Of a stretch of DNA of 64,000 nucleotides, positions 60,540 to 64,000 are shown piece by piece. Below the pieces are notes generated by a model that saw nothing but the letters and a program-made list of their open reading frames with translations, was not told where the DNA came from and did no database searches. Source of the stretch: an uncultured Nitrososphaeraceae archaeon. Its GTDB lineage: Archaea > Thermoproteota > Nitrososphaeria > Nitrososphaerales > Nitrososphaeraceae. Both the position numbers and the translations under genes were made by a program. Within the stretch, counting starts at the first letter, position 1. Every line of letters starts with the position of its first letter. The DNA is taken from NCBI GenBank assembly GCA_963729045.1, contig CAVSMN010000012.1, positions 224,001 to 288,000 on the forward strand, in the 5' to 3' direction.

Positions 60540-61607
60540 TTGTCAGAATTAAGAAAGGATTATTATGTTCAAGATAAGTTTGTTTTAATACCTAATAATA
60601 TTGATAATACGAACAAAAAAACTGAAATCAATTACAATAAAACGCAATCTGATCCTGTTACTAACAGTCAAGTATGCCCATATTGCACTGGATCTACCGG
60701 GGATTGCGACAATCTTGTATTATCTTTTGTAGTCAAGGAAGGAATATTGCAGAGACTATATGATACAACCGATGATGAGAATGAGAATTGGTCGATCCGA
60801 GTTTTTGAATGCACGAATCCCCTAGTAACCGCGCACTCAAATCAGCAGTATTCAGATCGTCCATTCTATAGGGAGCCAGCATGTGGATACGACCTTATTA
60901 TCGTTCCAACCCCAAATCATGATATCGCTCTTTCAGAATTGTCCATTGATCAATGGACCAATCTGTTGTTGGTACTTCAGGACAGGGTAAGATGGTTATA
61001 CAGCCAGCGGGGTGTGACATATGTTGCTATATATGCCAGCCGTGGGACTAATGGAGGTAGTAAAATAAAACATCCTCATTTCCATATCACGACATTTTCT
61101 TCAATCCCTCCTATTATCGAAAAAGAAGCGAAAACCTTTCACCAATCCATGAATGAAAGCGGTAGTTGTCCTGCATGTAGTATGATAGAGTCTGAAATTA
61201 ACGGTCCCAGACAATTGTTCTCTACTAATGGTTTCATAACCTTAGTTCCATGGGCGCCCACCTATAATTACGAATTTTGGATTTGTCCTCGAAAACATTC
61301 TACCTTTTTTTCAAAGGCAAGTCAGAAGGAAATAAATGATCTAGCCTTGGTGATTTGTTCATCCTTACGAGGGATGGATAAGATACTGGGTAAAACCGAT
61401 TTTAGCATGGCTTTTCATATTTCACCTGAGAAAAAGAATAGTAGGCAATTACACTGGCATATAGAAGTATATCCTCTAATTTCTTCTTGGTCTGGTTTGG
61501 AAAGAGGGTTTGGGATATACGTAAATACACCAAATCCTGAAGATTCAGCTAAAATATTGGGAGAAGCTTCAAGAAAGGAATTGGCAAATTTGATTGGAGT
61601 ACATTAA
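60540..61607 (+). CDS. galT: Galactose-1-phosphate uridylyltransferase-like protein
   Basis: SELRKD, CPYC, KHPHFH, CPAC, HWHIEVYP, GLERG.G. Confidence 0.82.
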   Translation: MSELRKDYYVQDKFVLIPNNIDNTNKKTEINYNKTQSDPVTNSQVCPYCTGSTGDCDNLVLSFVVKEGILQRLYDTTDDENENWSIRVFECTNPLVTAHSNQQYSDRPFYREPACGYDLIIVPTPNHDIALSELSIDQWTNLLLVLQDRVRWLYSQRGVTYVAIYASRGTNGGSKIKHPHFHITTFSSIPPIIEKEAKTFHQSMNESGSCPACSMIESEINGPRQLFSTNGFITLVPWAPTYNYEFWICPRKHSTFFSKASQKEINDLALVICSSLRGMDKILGKTDFSMAFHISPEKKNSRQLHWHIEVYPLISSWSGLERGFGIYVNTPNPEDSAKILGEASRKELANLIGVH

Positions 61608-61661
61608 CATTCTCTTGTAACAATATTAAAATATTGTATCTTTCAAAATGAAAATATAGAA

Positions 61662-62099
61662 ATGTTAAGGGCCGGAGAGTGGTTGTCAATTGCAGTTTTG
61701 GGTCTGGTAGTTTTATTCATATTTAACTCAATTGCCTTCTTCACTTTTTTGATTGGTCCTGAGAGTATTGGCCCAACAACTACCGTCGATCCATCCACTG
61801 CTTATCTCCAATTCATATTCATTTCACTAGCACCGGCAATCGGACTTTCATTTTTTACAAACGTGTTATCCGAAGGATCACGATTATCCTCCTTACTAGT
61901 ATTAGCATCTGGAATTTGCTTAATATTCGGGATGATCTATATAACTACATTGATCCCTTTGATAACTGAAATTGATTTGCCATCATGGGTTGTCTATGCA
62001 CCCTGGGTATTTTCAATTTTTGGTATACTAATGGTAGCTATGGGTTACATAAACTATAGAAAGAGGCTGTATATGTCCGCCAAAAATGCTAAGATCTAA
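61662..62099 (+). CDS. Four-TM membrane protein
   Basis: 145 aa with four hydrophobic segments. Confidence 0.7.
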   Translation: MLRAGEWLSIAVLGLVVLFIFNSIAFFTFLIGPESIGPTTTVDPSTAYLQFIFISLAPAIGLSFFTNVLSEGSRLSSLLVLASGICLIFGMIYITTLIPLITEIDLPSWVVYAPWVFSIFGILMVAMGYINYRKRLYMSAKNAKI

Positions 62100-62126
62100 C
62101 TACTTGGAAATGGCGATAGATTAGAC

Positions 62127-63635
62127 ATGGGAAATGATAAACAATTTTCTAGTAAAATTATTGGAGCAAATCAGAAAAATATTAACAGAAAGTTTGATAC
62201 ACTTACAATAGACAAGGAGTTTCTTCCAATTAGGATCAACAATCTTAATTTAGAATCGATTTTTTCGAAGGATAATGATTTTAATAAAGCTTTGGCTATT
62301 GTAATAGGCACTAAACCAGATTTCTATAAGCAAGCTCCTCTCTTGATAGAGTCAATTAAAGAGGGTTTACCTTCATTTATTATTTCTACAGGACAGCATT
62401 ACGATGAATTGCTAGGCTATGGGATAAAGGAATTTGACCTTGAAAATTCAATAGTTTGCGATTTGCAGATACGTGGGGATTTGATGGAAAAATCTAGCGA
62501 TTTAATCATGAAATTTGGGTATTTTGGTAGATATTTGAAAAAAAGATACTCAAGCAACCGAATTCTACCGATTGTTCATGGTGACACGTTAGTGGCAGGA
62601 ATTGCAACTTTGTCTTGGGTTTTTGGACTAGGACAAAAAGTCGGACAAAATGAGGCTGGACTTAGATCAATGAGTCCAACTATTATAAAAGATATAAAGA
62701 TGAATGTAAATCCTAGCCATTCTGATGTAGAAAAATTTATTACGAATCAATTGTCCTCATCATGGTTCCTAACTAGGGAGGAACCGTTTCCCGAACAAAT
62801 TGATACTTGGGTATGTTCTTCAGGAACAAAGTTTTTTTTTGTTCCCACTAAACTAAACAAAGAGCATTTACTTAGGGAAGGATATCCAGACGAAGATATC
62901 CATATAGTTGGGAATTCGGTTGTAGATGCTATTGGCATCAAAAGAATGAAGAAACCTGAGAATAGCATTTTTGAAATATATCCTAAATTAGAATCCGGAA
63001 ACTGGATCAGAATGGATATTCATCGCAGGGAAAATTTAACGAACCATAGATTTAATGCTATAATAGGGGGGTTGACTGATTTGATAAAGGATTCGGAATT
63101 TAAAGTAGTTTTAGTCTTGTTGAATGCTACCATATCTGCATTAAACAGGTTTGATCTTTATGATAAACTTAAATATCTGGAAAATACTTATCCTGAAAAG
63201 TTTATGATTACTGAATTATGGAAGGAATATGGCCACGTCGTAGAGTTTCTGGACAGTGGAAAATGTTGGGCAGAGATTACTGACTCGGGATCATTGCAAG
63301 AAGAGTTATTATACTTCCCAAAAGTTAGCTCCTTTACCGTAAGATTCAATACCGATCGGCCAGAAACGGTCTTTGACGCTAGAGGGAATCTTTTAGTTCC
63401 TCCGATAAACCGAATGTGGTTACCGAGAATGATAACTACAATATATGAAAAAGGAGTGGATTATGGATTTAATTTTAAAAAGAAAAAACAAATTTATGGA
63501 AAACCTGGAGAAGTATCCAAAAAAATAGTTAGAATAATGAAGAAGGAATTTGAGAATAGAGAAAGTAACTTTTTTCCTTGGTTACATCAAAGGTTTAACT
63601 ATTGGCACGAGAAGGATGATTTTGACTATCTTTAA
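62127..63635 (+). CDS. wecB: UDP-N-acetylglucosamine 2-epimerase
   Basis: IGTKPD, TGQHYD, VHGDT, EAGLRS, PFPEQ, HRREN, TDSGSLQEE. Confidence 0.88.
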   Translation: MGNDKQFSSKIIGANQKNINRKFDTLTIDKEFLPIRINNLNLESIFSKDNDFNKALAIVIGTKPDFYKQAPLLIESIKEGLPSFIISTGQHYDELLGYGIKEFDLENSIVCDLQIRGDLMEKSSDLIMKFGYFGRYLKKRYSSNRILPIVHGDTLVAGIATLSWVFGLGQKVGQNEAGLRSMSPTIIKDIKMNVNPSHSDVEKFITNQLSSSWFLTREEPFPEQIDTWVCSSGTKFFFVPTKLNKEHLLREGYPDEDIHIVGNSVVDAIGIKRMKKPENSIFEIYPKLESGNWIRMDIHRRENLTNHRFNAIIGGLTDLIKDSEFKVVLVLLNATISALNRFDLYDKLKYLENTYPEKFMITELWKEYGHVVEFLDSGKCWAEITDSGSLQEELLYFPKVSSFTVRFNTDRPETVFDARGNLLVPPINRMWLPRMITTIYEKGVDYGFNFKKKKQIYGKPGEVSKKIVRIMKKEFENRESNFFPWLHQRFNYWHEKDDFDYL

Positions 63636-63683
63636 TTTGGTCAAAAGCAAATAGTTATATAATTATGAATTAGAAAATTTTTA

Positions 63684-64000
63684 TTGGCCTCCGATACGAA
63701 GTTCAGGATTAACCTAAAAGAAGGTGTTTTTGAACTTGAAGGAAATGAATCATTCGTAGATAAACATTTAGAAAAGTTTGAAGAAATTTTCAAGGTTGCT
63801 ATTAAGGAGGTCATCATTAATAACAAGGATAATATGCTTAATTACACAACTACGCCATCTAACGCAACTGTAGACAATGTTCCAATCCCACTGGAGAATT
63901 TTTCTTCTCAAGAATCTAGAACTCATTCATCGAAGCCTAAGGACTTTCAAAATTCAGAGATTGATGATATTCAAAGAGAACTACCCCTCTCAGGCAAGAC
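63684..64000 (+). CDS. Hypothetical protein, truncated by window end
   Basis: TTG 63684: MASDTKFRINLKEGVFELEGNESFVDKHLEKFEEIFK..., open to the end of the window. Confidence 0.7.
   Translation, partial: MASDTKFRINLKEGVFELEGNESFVDKHLEKFEEIFKVAIKEVIINNKDNMLNYTTTPSNATVDNVPIPLENFSSQESRTHSSKPKDFQNSEIDDIQRELPLSGK

Noticed and set aside
8173..60542. Frequent TTG/GTG starts (purC, psmA, rps3, rpl29, rpl14, bioA, apgM and others)
   Set aside because: Real but window-wide, and likely a lineage trait rather than a local system

Overview
AT-rich archaeal chromosomal window. The gene set (archaeal r-proteins, proteasome alpha, TFB, Rpo6, aCPSF1, SRP19/54, aRF1, CdvB/ESCRT-III, F420-type LLM enzymes, DPS-like protein) and low GC point to an ammonia-oxidising Nitrososphaerota member, possibly Nitrosocosmicus-like; this is an inference. 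It is mostly core genome: a partial S10/spc ribosomal cluster (uL3 to uL6, no uL2), purine, amino-acid and biotin genes, tRNA-Asn(GTT) with a non-canonical intron, and tRNA-Thr(TGT). About 15 single-base indels split otherwise intact genes, including essential rpl4, argS and aRF1, most simply explained as sequencing or assembly errors. Most interesting: (i) a bioA-bioB-bioF cluster lacking bioD, interrupted by a small serine recombinase with a three-subsite res-like region and bordered by a perfect 20-bp tandem array; (ii) a ~590-aa two-domain SDR resembling the malonyl-CoA-reducing module of Chloroflexus malonyl-CoA reductase, a candidate for a poorly assigned step of the thaumarchaeal 3HP/4HB cycle; (iii) microproteins missing from the ORF track (a C2H2-like zinc finger and a 2-TM peptide); (iv) a degenerate Pus10 motif together with a tRNA carrying C55. 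All family assignments come from motif recognition by eye; no database searches were run.
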